64,000 nucleotides of DNA from Rhodospirillaceae bacterium (GTDB lineage Bacteria > Pseudomonadota > Alphaproteobacteria > Rhodospirillales > CALINB01): NCBI GenBank assembly GCA_038114465.1, contig JAYNQW010000004.1, positions 89,528 to 153,527 of the forward strand, in the 5' to 3' direction. Shown here piece after piece: positions 56,389 through 64,000 of this stretch. The first letter of the stretch is position 1. Each line of letters starts with the position of its first letter. The notes under the pieces were generated by a model. That model was not told the origin of the DNA, made no database searches, and worked only from the letters and a program-made list of their open reading frames with translations. A program made the position numbers and the translations under genes.

Positions 56389-58322
56389 TTGTCGCAACGG
56401 CAGGACATATCGATCACGGCAAAACACTACTGGTCAAAGCCCTGACCGGGGTCGAAACGGACCGGTTACCGGATGAGAAGCGTCGCGGCCTGACGATCGA
56501 CCTTGGCTTCGCTTACCAAGATATCGGCCAAAAAGACATCTTGGGGTTTGTCGATGTCCCTGGCCATGAAAAATTCGTCCGCAACATGCTGGCCGGTGTC
56601 ACCAATATTGACTTTGCTCTTCTTATTGTTGCCGCCGATGATGGCGTGATGCCGCAAACGATTGAACACTTAGAAATTCTCAATTTACTGGGCATCAATA
56701 ACGGCGCTATCGTCATCACAAAAATAGACCGTGTTGAAAAAAACCGCGTTAACGAAGTCGATGATGAAATCGAACAGTTGTTACAAGGTTCAACATTGCA
56801 AAACGCTCCGGTTTTTTATGTCTCAGCGTTGACAGGCGATGGCATCGAGACACTTAAATCTTATTTATATGAGGCCGCCGAAACAACCGAACAACGGCAA
56901 TCCAAGGGTCACTTTCGTCTCGCCGTTGATCGTTGCTTCACGCTATCCGGTGCAGGCCTTGTCATCACCGGGTCCGTCTTTTCCGGTGAAGTACACAATG
57001 GTGATCAACTCATTGTTTCGCCGCACGGCATGCCGGCGCGGGTTCGCAGCCTACATGCCCAAAACCAGGAATCCGATACAGGGCACGCCGGGCAACGTTG
57101 CGCCCTGAATATCACGGGGCGCGACCTCAAAAAATCAGCCGTGCAACGTGGCGATTGGATTGTCTCTAAGCCCGCGCACATCCCCTCCGACCGCATCGAT
57201 GTTTATGTGAAGGTACTGGCCGGAGAATCCAAACCGATCCGCCATTGGACCCCTGTGCATATCCATATAGGTGCCGCCGACATATCGGGACGAGTCGCAA
57301 TACTAGAAGGCGGCTCAATCCCTTCGGGAGGGACCGGCTACGCTCAGCTGGTCTTGGATGAAAAAACCAATGTTCTTTTTGGGGACCGTTTCATCTTACG
57401 CGATCAATCTGCACGCCGGACGATCGGCGGAGGATATATACTCGATCCCTTCGCACCCAAACGCGGTCGAGCCCGGCCCGAGCGCCTCGAACAGCTGTTA
57501 GCAATGGATGACAAAGATCCAAAAACCGCTTTGGTTAAACTTTTAGAAGTTTCACCAAAAAGCATCCAAGTGAATCAGTTCCTTGCCGCACGCGGCATTA
57601 CGGAAGCAGAGGAAAATATCATCACAGAACCGGCGGATACGGTCATATTCGGATCTGATGAAAATCGCTTTGCCGCATCGAAAAATCATTGGGATGAATT
57701 AGGCGAAGAAATTAATGCCGTATTGAAAAAATGGCACAAAGAACGGCCAGAGAGCCCCGGGTTAACAGTTGAACAGATCAGAAAACGCCTGAGCATCCGT
57801 CAAATCGCCGGCGCGCTTGAAGCCGCCATTGAAACACGGGTTGCTGAAAAACATTTAACCCGTCATAGCGAGCTGATCAGCGTGGCAGGGCACAGGCCAG
57901 CCATTCCACCGCAAGAAGAGGCGCTGTGGAAACGCGTTCAACCGATCCTCGAAGAGGCCGGCATCAGACCGCCGACGGTCCGCGAGCTCGCAAACGTTCT
58001 CGACATGAAACCCGATCAATTGCAAAAATTTCTGGACCGTACCGCCCGGCGGGGGCTCGTTCAATCCGTCGCGAAAAACCGGTATTTCACGTTGAACGCG
58101 CTGAATGAGCTGGGGTCCATGGCACAGGAGTTATCCGAAGCCAACAACGGCGGGGCTTTCAACGCTGCCGCATTTCGCGACCGCTCGGGGATCGGCCGCA
58201 ATCTAACGATCGAATTGCTTGAACACTTCGATAAGGTTAAATTGACCAAACGCCAGGGAGACCTGCGCACTGTCGTTCAACCCGTCGATAAAATTTTCCC
58301 GACACCTACGGAGACTCCATAA
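56385..58322 (+). CDS. selB: Selenocysteine-specific translation elongation factor
   Basis: 645 aa. G-domain AGHIDHGKT, DVPGHEKF and ITKIDRV, plus a long C-terminal winged-helix extension. Confidence 0.9.
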   Translation: MIVATAGHIDHGKTLLVKALTGVETDRLPDEKRRGLTIDLGFAYQDIGQKDILGFVDVPGHEKFVRNMLAGVTNIDFALLIVAADDGVMPQTIEHLEILNLLGINNGAIVITKIDRVEKNRVNEVDDEIEQLLQGSTLQNAPVFYVSALTGDGIETLKSYLYEAAETTEQRQSKGHFRLAVDRCFTLSGAGLVITGSVFSGEVHNGDQLIVSPHGMPARVRSLHAQNQESDTGHAGQRCALNITGRDLKKSAVQRGDWIVSKPAHIPSDRIDVYVKVLAGESKPIRHWTPVHIHIGAADISGRVAILEGGSIPSGGTGYAQLVLDEKTNVLFGDRFILRDQSARRTIGGGYILDPFAPKRGRARPERLEQLLAMDDKDPKTALVKLLEVSPKSIQVNQFLAARGITEAEENIITEPADTVIFGSDENRFAASKNHWDELGEEINAVLKKWHKERPESPGLTVEQIRKRLSIRQIAGALEAAIETRVAEKHLTRHSELISVAGHRPAIPPQEEALWKRVQPILEEAGIRPPTVRELANVLDMKPDQLQKFLDRTARRGLVQSVAKNRYFTLNALNELGSMAQELSEANNGGAFNAAAFRDRSGIGRNLTIELLEHFDKVKLTKRQGDLRTVVQPVDKIFPTPTETP

Positions 58323-58350
58323 ATGCCGGGAAAAATTTTGAATGAATTCA

Positions 58351-58390
58351 GGAAGGGAATCGGGCCCGGTGGCTCGGACGGACTTCAAAT
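58351..58390 (+). pseudogene. selC: 5' half of tRNA-Sec (selC) ending at the 3' edge of the anticodon loop
   Basis: GGAAGGGA (8-nt acceptor strand), AT, CGGGCC-CGGT-GGCTCG (6-bp D stem with 4-nt loop, a tRNA-Sec hallmark), G, ACGGA, then the loop CTTCAAA with the TCA anticodon at 58385-58387. The expected TCCGT stem, variable arm and T arm are absent; TTTTAAAGCCCTG follows instead. Confidence 0.7.
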
Positions 58391-58595
58391 TTTAAAGCCC
58401 TGTTTTTACTGATTCACACCAGTTAACACATTCTTTTATTTTCAATATGTTAGCTGGTTACTTGTGCCTTCATTTACCCTCTAAAACTACCCCTTTCTAA
58501 TCCGTTGGGTGCCAATTTACTCATTATTATCTAATAACGCAGCCACCCAAATATCAGGCGCGTTTTTGAATGATGAATTCAGAAAGGAGTTAGCT

Positions 58596-59803
58596 ATGCC
58601 GACAGAAACTACCCGAAAGAAGCTTTATAATGAAGTCTGGGAACGGCCAATGGTTAAAGTCGCTGCCGATTATGGTATTTCTGATGTTGTACTGAAAAAG
58701 ATTTGCAAAAAATTCAACATTCCAGTGCCTGGCCGCGGCTATTGGGCCAAACTAGCTGCTGGTAAATCAGTAAGCCGTATTCAATTACCTCCAATCGGCG
58801 GGGATGATGGAAAAATCATAATTTCTGGCATGCCTAAGAGCCAATTGCCGACAAACGTAATCGAAGCTAAATATCAAGCTGAAATATTTGAAAGTTTGAA
58901 CGACAATAATATCGATGTCGAAGGTTTTTACTACCCGACCCACTCCTTAATAACAAAAACTAGAAATAAGCTGGAAAAACGTAAGGCTGACAAACAGGGT
59001 CTGGTCCACCTTCATAATAAATCAGATTTTTGGCTTTCCATATCTCCTGCCAGCCTTGATCGCGTTGCAATATTTCTAAATGTATTTGTTCACGAATCTG
59101 AAAACAAAGGGTTTCAGTTCAAACCCCATGATGATGGGTTAAATATTGTTGTCAATAATGAATCCATAAGCCTTTCTATCGAAGAAAAGCTCGATAAGTC
59201 TCCACATGAACTTACAGAAAAGAGATCAATAAAATAAACAGGTGGGATAAGCGACATAGTTATCTTGATGAAAGTCCCTGGAAATCCAGCGCAAGGTTGA
59301 GAGATAACAACATCTCTAAATGGAATTACACGCCAAACGGTAAACTCGTGATAAAACTGGATCAATACTATAACGATGGCATTCGCCGGCGTTTCTTTGA
59401 TGCAAAAATACAAAAAATTGAAAGTCATCTAAACAACATAATGGTTTCCCTTGTGGCCTGCGCAGCGGCCGCACATGAAAGAAAAATTGAAGCTGAACGC
59501 CGCCACCAAGAGTATTTGGTTGTACAGGCCAAGAGAGAAGAAAACCGTCGGAAACAGGAAATCGAGGAAATTCGAGTCAAATTTTTGGTGAAACGTTTAG
59601 ATGAATGGAAGGACCTTCAGAGTATTAAAGCTTTTATCACTGATGTCGCTAAAACAGCGCCTGATATGCCTGAAGGCGAACGGCAAGCTGTATTAAACTG
59701 GGTTGACTGGGCCCAGGATTATGCGGAAAGACTAAACCCGATTAACCGCTATTATTTTGACCTAGAAAAAATCGATAAATTAAAGTCTTGGGAATTGAGT
59801 TAG
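58596..59803 (+). pseudogene. Hypothetical protein (GRGYWAK motif N-domain plus charged coiled-coil C-domain), apparently frameshifted
   Basis: The ATG at 58596 follows a GGAG SD. Frame A ends ...SPHELTEKRSIK*. Frame B is open from 59210 and reads TLQKEINKINRWDKRH...NISKWNYTPNGKL. A 1-nt shift in the A-run near 59215-59222 would join them into a protein of about 400 aa. Confidence 0.55.
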
Positions 59804-59923
59804 AAACGACCCCTGGGATTTACCAGCTCTTGGGTAACTTAAAAGATCGACTCAGTGTGAAATGTGACAAATGCATTGAATTGATACCCGAATATGATCC
59901 AAGGCGATCAATCAATTGACAGG

Positions 59924-60178
59924 TTAGAAAACCTTATTGTGATCCCTGCCCTCGCCGCCATGGGACTCTTTCTTTCTCATCATCAAGAGTAACTCATAGA
60001 CAATTAGCCCACCACCTATGCCGCCAACTCCATAAAGGATAAGCACGCGTACGATTTGCTCCATGGCGTGCTTTGTAGGTGTTAATACGACTAAACCCTG
60101 ATCTAAAACGGCAACAACTGCTATTCCCAATAAGGCGAAGAAATACATCAGGGGATCGTGTTTCATTTTTTCAGTCAT
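59924..60178 (-). CDS. Small two-TM membrane protein
   Basis: 84 aa with two hydrophobic helices. It lies 13 bp downstream of the CPBP gene on the same strand. Confidence 0.5.
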   Translation of the reverse strand: MTEKMKHDPLMYFFALLGIAVVAVLDQGLVVLTPTKHAMEQIVRVLILYGVGGIGGGLIVYELLLMMRKKESHGGEGRDHNKVF

Positions 60179-60190
60179 CCTTAAGCTACC

Positions 60191-60853
60191 TTATACGAAG
60201 TGCCATACATCAATAGCGTAGTGGGCAATGATGGGCGGAATGATAGAGCGTGTTGAAATAAATAATACCATAAGAATAACACCACTGACAAAGGCCCCAA
60301 CAACATTAGGCACTCCATTTGACCAATGCGTTAAGGCGAATATAAGTGATGAGGCAATAGTGAGAATGGTTGAACTGCTCGTAAATTGCTCGATCACCCC
60401 CCTTAATACGCTTCGAGAAGAAAATTCTTCAGCAAATGCATTAAGTGCTAACCCAAAAGTGAGATCGATCCAGTAAAGGGGTGCAGAATTAACCCCTGGG
60501 TACGTAAACAGCGCTGTGCCTGGTATGAGATTTACAAGCGGTTGGCGGATAACAAATTCAACTGCAAAAAGCAGAACAATAGCAATCAGTGTGAACAATG
60601 CTGATTTGATGATGGGTGCTCTTGATTGCCCTTCATCTCCTCGTATCCAGTTGAACGATTGTTTTACATATTCCCGGAAGCTCGGCATCAATAAAACAAT
60701 CGCAAGAACCAATGCCTTGGATATGTAATCAGCCAGCAGCCACTGCTCTGGTGTTTCGGCTGAAATGTAGAAAACGTCATTAATATAAAGTGGTGCAAAT
60801 AAGAGCCCCAATAAGGCAATTTCTTGGCTGCGAGAAGGAGCTTGGCGTGGCAT
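60191..60853 (-). CDS. CPBP-family intramembrane glutamic endopeptidase (CAAX protease/Abi-like)
   Basis: 220 aa, polytopic. Motifs AEEFSSRSVLRG (EExxxR), FALTHW (FxxxH) and AHYAIDVW (HxxxD/N). Confidence 0.8.
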   Translation of the reverse strand: MPRQAPSRSQEIALLGLLFAPLYINDVFYISAETPEQWLLADYISKALVLAIVLLMPSFREYVKQSFNWIRGDEGQSRAPIIKSALFTLIAIVLLFAVEFVIRQPLVNLIPGTALFTYPGVNSAPLYWIDLTFGLALNAFAEEFSSRSVLRGVIEQFTSSSTILTIASSLIFALTHWSNGVPNVVGAFVSGVILMVLFISTRSIIPPIIAHYAIDVWHFV

Positions 60854-61002
60854 GTTCTACTTCTGTTTTATATTTGTTCTCAAATTTGTACTAACTATGT
60901 TCTTTGTTCTCATGCAAATCATACAAATTGAATTATGACTTAATTATCAACCGAATCTATACAAAAGTATAAGTTTCAATGGTTTACGCCAGAAATTTAT
61001 AG

Positions 61003-61392
61003 CTACTTTTTGCGTTTATCTTTTCCTGAAAAATTTTTCTTAAATTGCCTTCGCCGGTCCGGGCCGATGTAAGTGATGTTGCTGTCACAGTCCCTTATTA
61101 CGATGAAATTTTTTAATTGATCGCCAGACAAAAAGTTCATCATTCCTTTTGGTTGCTTTTCACCAATGACAAGCAGATCCATTGAAATTCCAAAATATTG
61201 ACTAAGGGCAATCAAAGTTAAGATGCTTGGTTCTCGCTCTCCACGCTCATATTTTAAAATGGTATCTGTTCTGAGCCCGATAACTTCGGCAATATCTTTT
61301 GCGGTCAATCGATGACGTTCGCGGAGCTTGCGAAGGTTTACACCAAATCGCTCAGAAGCTGCTTTTTCAGGGGTAGCCCTTTTTTTTGCCAT
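61003..61392 (-). CDS. XRE-family helix-turn-helix regulator
   Basis: 129 aa. LRKLRERHRLTAKDIAEVIGLRTDTILKYERGEREPSILTLIALSQYFGIS. Divergent from the integrase gene. Confidence 0.8.
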   Translation of the reverse strand: MAKKRATPEKAASERFGVNLRKLRERHRLTAKDIAEVIGLRTDTILKYERGEREPSILTLIALSQYFGISMDLLVIGEKQPKGMMNFLSGDQLKNFIVIRDCDSNITYIGPDRRRQFKKNFSGKDKRKK

Positions 61393-61505
61393 CAGCTTAT
61401 TTTGACATCTACAAATGAGAACATTTCAACAATACAAAATGTCTGGTTTATAGCCAACCTTTTCCGCCTTCAGTAAGGTTCTTCAAAAATTCATGGGAGG
61501 CAACT

Positions 61506-63287
61506 ATGGACCGAATTGAGCTGATCAACCGAGGCAAGGAGTATTATCTGCAGGCAACAATCCCCGATGATCTGATTGAAGAAATTGGAAAGCCAGTTAT
61601 AGAAATTCCCCTTAATACAACTGACATTGTGCTCGCACGAGATCGGTTCTTCGTTGAGCGGCTTAAATTGGCGCAATCAATACGTGCTGGGAGGAAGCTT
61701 TTTGACCTAGAAGAATTAAATACGGCATTCGGCCAGGATATTAGCAAGCTATGCAAAAAGCTGTTCAATGACAAAGTCAAAAAACTTTTATGGGAGCAAG
61801 GCCGAAACTTAGAGCTTGAAATTAAAAATTGGCAAAATGACCTTTATGCTAATGAGTGGTCAGACAAGAACAACAAGTCAGTATTGGAAATTCTATCTGA
61901 CATTGGGATGATATTACCCTGTGAATCTTTATGTTTTGAGCTTGCCCGCAAACAGATAGCCCGAACTATTTTATCCGCATTGACGCTTGCCGAGAATCTC
62001 AAGAGCGGTGGAGATGAAATTGATGCTGAACTAACTCAGCTTATATCGTTACCCGATAAGACTGCTCCACAGGACAGGTCCGTTGTTCCAATTGAACGTG
62101 AAATTGACATTACCGTAGATCAAATGATTGAGCTTTTTTTAAGCGAAAAGCGTATGAGGTGGGCGAACCCTGACGCGCTAGGCACTTATAAAATTGCGTT
62201 TAGGGCCTTACGGGAAATTGTCGGGGCTGAACGAAAGATTAAGCACATTACCCGAGCCGATGGGATCCGAATGCAAGACATTCTGTCACGTATTCCCAAA
62301 AACCCTACACACCTTTACCCACACTTAACGCTTGAACAAGCAGCCAAACAAGCAGAAACCGAAGGCATTGAATCGATAACAAAACGCTCTTCAAGAGGAC
62401 ATCTTATAAAAATATGCTCAATTCTGAATTGGGCCGTGAAAGCCCTTTATTTAAGTGCAAATCCATTAAGGGGCTTTGGGTCATCTTTAAAAGGTGAAAT
62501 GAGTGTGCGCCGCTGGCGGCCATTTACGATTGGTGAAATGAATGAATTATTTCAATCACCAGTTTTCACAGGGTGCAAAAGCGACCGTTACCCTTTGGAG
62601 GCCGGAGAATACAAAGTTACCGATAGCCGGTATTGGGTTCCCTTGATTGCGCCATGGACCGGAATGCGCCTCATGGAAATTTGCCAATTAGAGGAATCCG
62701 ATATTCAAATTCATGCCGGTATCGATGTGATCAGTGTTTCAAAAGTATCCCTCGAAGGTGAAGGAGATGACACCAAAGCTGTTAAGTCAGAGGCCGGCAA
62801 TAGGTTAATTCCAATACACCCTGAACTTGTTAAGCTTGGGTTCCTTGATTTTGTTAAAGAAAGGCGGAAGACTGGGAAAATTAGATTATTTCCGGAGGTT
62901 TCCCTTTATAAAAACCGCCGTTACGTTACGTCATTTAGCCCTTGGTTTCGGCGTGTCTTGAACAGCCTCGGCTATAAAGACAAGCGTTTAGTTTTCCATT
63001 CTTTCAGGCACAGCTTTCGTGATGCCCTAAGAGAGGGGGAAGTTAACCAAGAGGCCGTTTGGAAACTTGGCGGCTGGAGCCCGAATAGCCGCGGCACTGA
63101 TGCACACTATGGGGAAGGCTTAAGTGTTAAGTCACTTTATAAGGCGATCAAAAATATTGAGTATCCTGGGTTGGAAGTTTCACATTTATACCGAGAAGAT
63201 TTAGATGCATTCAATACCGAGAACACAGGCCCATTTACTGTTACGCGGTACAAAAACATGGGTAAGGGTGTTTGGCAAGTTGAGTAA
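61506..63287 (+). CDS. int: Tyrosine-type site-specific integrase (large, 593 aa)
   Basis: GGGAGG SD. C-terminal catalytic signatures TGMRLMEICQL (Arg), HSFRHSFRD (H-x-x-R) and GTDAHYGEG (Tyr). Long N-terminal extension. Confidence 0.85.
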   Translation: MDRIELINRGKEYYLQATIPDDLIEEIGKPVIEIPLNTTDIVLARDRFFVERLKLAQSIRAGRKLFDLEELNTAFGQDISKLCKKLFNDKVKKLLWEQGRNLELEIKNWQNDLYANEWSDKNNKSVLEILSDIGMILPCESLCFELARKQIARTILSALTLAENLKSGGDEIDAELTQLISLPDKTAPQDRSVVPIEREIDITVDQMIELFLSEKRMRWANPDALGTYKIAFRALREIVGAERKIKHITRADGIRMQDILSRIPKNPTHLYPHLTLEQAAKQAETEGIESITKRSSRGHLIKICSILNWAVKALYLSANPLRGFGSSLKGEMSVRRWRPFTIGEMNELFQSPVFTGCKSDRYPLEAGEYKVTDSRYWVPLIAPWTGMRLMEICQLEESDIQIHAGIDVISVSKVSLEGEGDDTKAVKSEAGNRLIPIHPELVKLGFLDFVKERRKTGKIRLFPEVSLYKNRRYVTSFSPWFRRVLNSLGYKDKRLVFHSFRHSFRDALREGEVNQEAVWKLGGWSPNSRGTDAHYGEGLSVKSLYKAIKNIEYPGLEVSHLYREDLDAFNTENTGPFTVTRYKNMGKGVWQVE

Positions 63288-63386
63288 TTCACAAATGCTT
63301 TTCAATTTCTTATGGCATGGAGTTATCACCCGAGGACAGAAAACTAACAATGAGATCTTTAGATTGTTCAGATCGGCCTTAATACA

Positions 63387-64000
63387 TTGCAAACTCCCCT
63401 GAACCTTTATTTCCAGGACCTACAGGTCGGGCAGCTTCGATACCAAGTTGGCGGAGAATTAGAATTTATCTATCACACTGACTGGCTTGGGTGGGAACAT
63501 GCATTCCCTGTTTCACTTTCTCTACCACTCAAAGCGAAACCGCATATTGGCAATAATGTTACAACTGTGTTTGACAATCTCCTTCCAGATAAGGTCGAGA
63601 CTCGTCTTAGATTGTCAGAGATTGTCGAGGCAAATGGGTATGATGTTTACAGTCTCTTAGCCAAGATTGGGCGTGATTGTGCGGGAGCAATACAGCTACT
63701 CCCTGAAGGTGAAGAGCCAACTTCAAATGAAGCTGTCAAAGGCCGATCGATAGATGATCAAAACATTGCTGAAATGTTAAACAATCTTTCGACGCTATCA
63801 TTAGGAATTGGCCCTAGTGAGGATTTCAGAATCACATTAGCCGGGGCCCAAGAAAAAACAGCCTTATTATTTTGGAAGGATAAATGGCATATTCCAGAAC
63901 AAGCAAGCCCGACAACGCATATTATCAAGCCTGAAATAGGAATTCTAAACAATGGGCTCAACCTAACCCAAAGTGTTGATAATGAATTTTTTTGTTTAAC
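63387..64000 (+). CDS. hipA: HipA-family serine/threonine kinase toxin, N-terminal part (runs off the window)
   Basis: This ORF is absent from the ORF track because it has no stop in the window. The frame is open from 63363 and the likely start is the TTG at 63387. AFPVSLSLPL, FDNLLPD, IGRDCAGAIQLLPE, FRITLAGAQEKTALL, PTTHIIKPEIG and SVDNEFFCL match the HipA N-terminal domains. Confidence 0.8.
   Translation, partial: MQTPLNLYFQDLQVGQLRYQVGGELEFIYHTDWLGWEHAFPVSLSLPLKAKPHIGNNVTTVFDNLLPDKVETRLRLSEIVEANGYDVYSLLAKIGRDCAGAIQLLPEGEEPTSNEAVKGRSIDDQNIAEMLNNLSTLSLGIGPSEDFRITLAGAQEKTALLFWKDKWHIPEQASPTTHIIKPEIGILNNGLNLTQSVDNEFFCL

Larger units (their letters stand above)
58391..64000. mobile_element. 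Integrase-bearing genomic island (left end at the selC break; right end beyond the window)
   Basis: It starts exactly where the tRNA-Sec sequence stops. It is visibly more AT-rich than the flank (by eye, not computed). It carries a tyrosine integrase, XRE regulator, CPBP protease, hipA and a frameshifted gene. Confidence 0.7.

Noticed and set aside
63719-63727. A 9-bp match (ACTTCAAAT) to the tRNA-Sec anticodon-loop sequence as a possible right-hand att repeat
   Set aside because: It lies inside the hipA reading frame (…EEPTSNEAV…). It is not followed by a tRNA 3' half (no anticodon-stem complement, variable arm or GTTCGA-type T loop). A 9-mer match in about 5.6 kb on two strands is not very improbable by chance.

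Overview
A dense 64-kb chromosomal segment with about 60 genes and very short or zero intergenic spacers. It is probably from a streamlined alphaproteobacterium. That guess rests only on gene content (Bug/TctC-TTT transporters, Nfu-type scaffold, Xsc, abutting convergent genes), since no rRNA or other marker gene is present. Most of the window is an organic-acid and organosulfur catabolic neighbourhood. It holds CoA-transferase/enoyl-CoA hydratase modules, a PrpD-family protein, a PrpF-family protein, an RraA-like protein, an HpcH aldolase, FAH, tartrate dehydrogenase-like, malic enzyme, IlvD/Edd dehydratase, two ThDP enzymes including a recognisable sulfoacetaldehyde acetyltransferase (Xsc), a sulfatase, a sulfotransferase and TTT transport genes. 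Six things stand out. (1) 4.9-7.9 kb: a cobalt-type nitrile-hydratase-like locus whose beta subunit is split into two paralogous N-half genes and one C-half gene, with an amidase placed before a His-rich alpha subunit. (2) 19.3-24.4 kb: a type I secretion operon in which all three transport genes carry a lesion (amber codon, poly-T frameshift, G-run frameshift), while an embedded 2OG hydroxylase gene is intact. (3) 30.8-53.7 kb: six genes (eight domains) of one KdgF-like cupin subfamily, comprising a tandem triplet, a tandem bicupin pair and one copy fused to a histone-H1/AlgP-like lysine-rich tail. (4) 37.1-38.9 kb: IclR plus Xsc, convergent with an amidohydrolase-aldolase-cupin x3-dehydrogenase operon. 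(5) 54.9-58.4 kb: selA-selB followed by only the 5' half of tRNA-Sec, which ends at the anticodon loop. (6) From about 58.4 kb to the window end: an AT-richer integrase island begins exactly at that tRNA break. It carries a CPBP protease, an XRE regulator, a 593-aa tyrosine integrase and a partial hipA. No CRISPR array, rRNA or intact tRNA was seen. All homology calls are by-eye motif recognition, and no searches or statistics were run.
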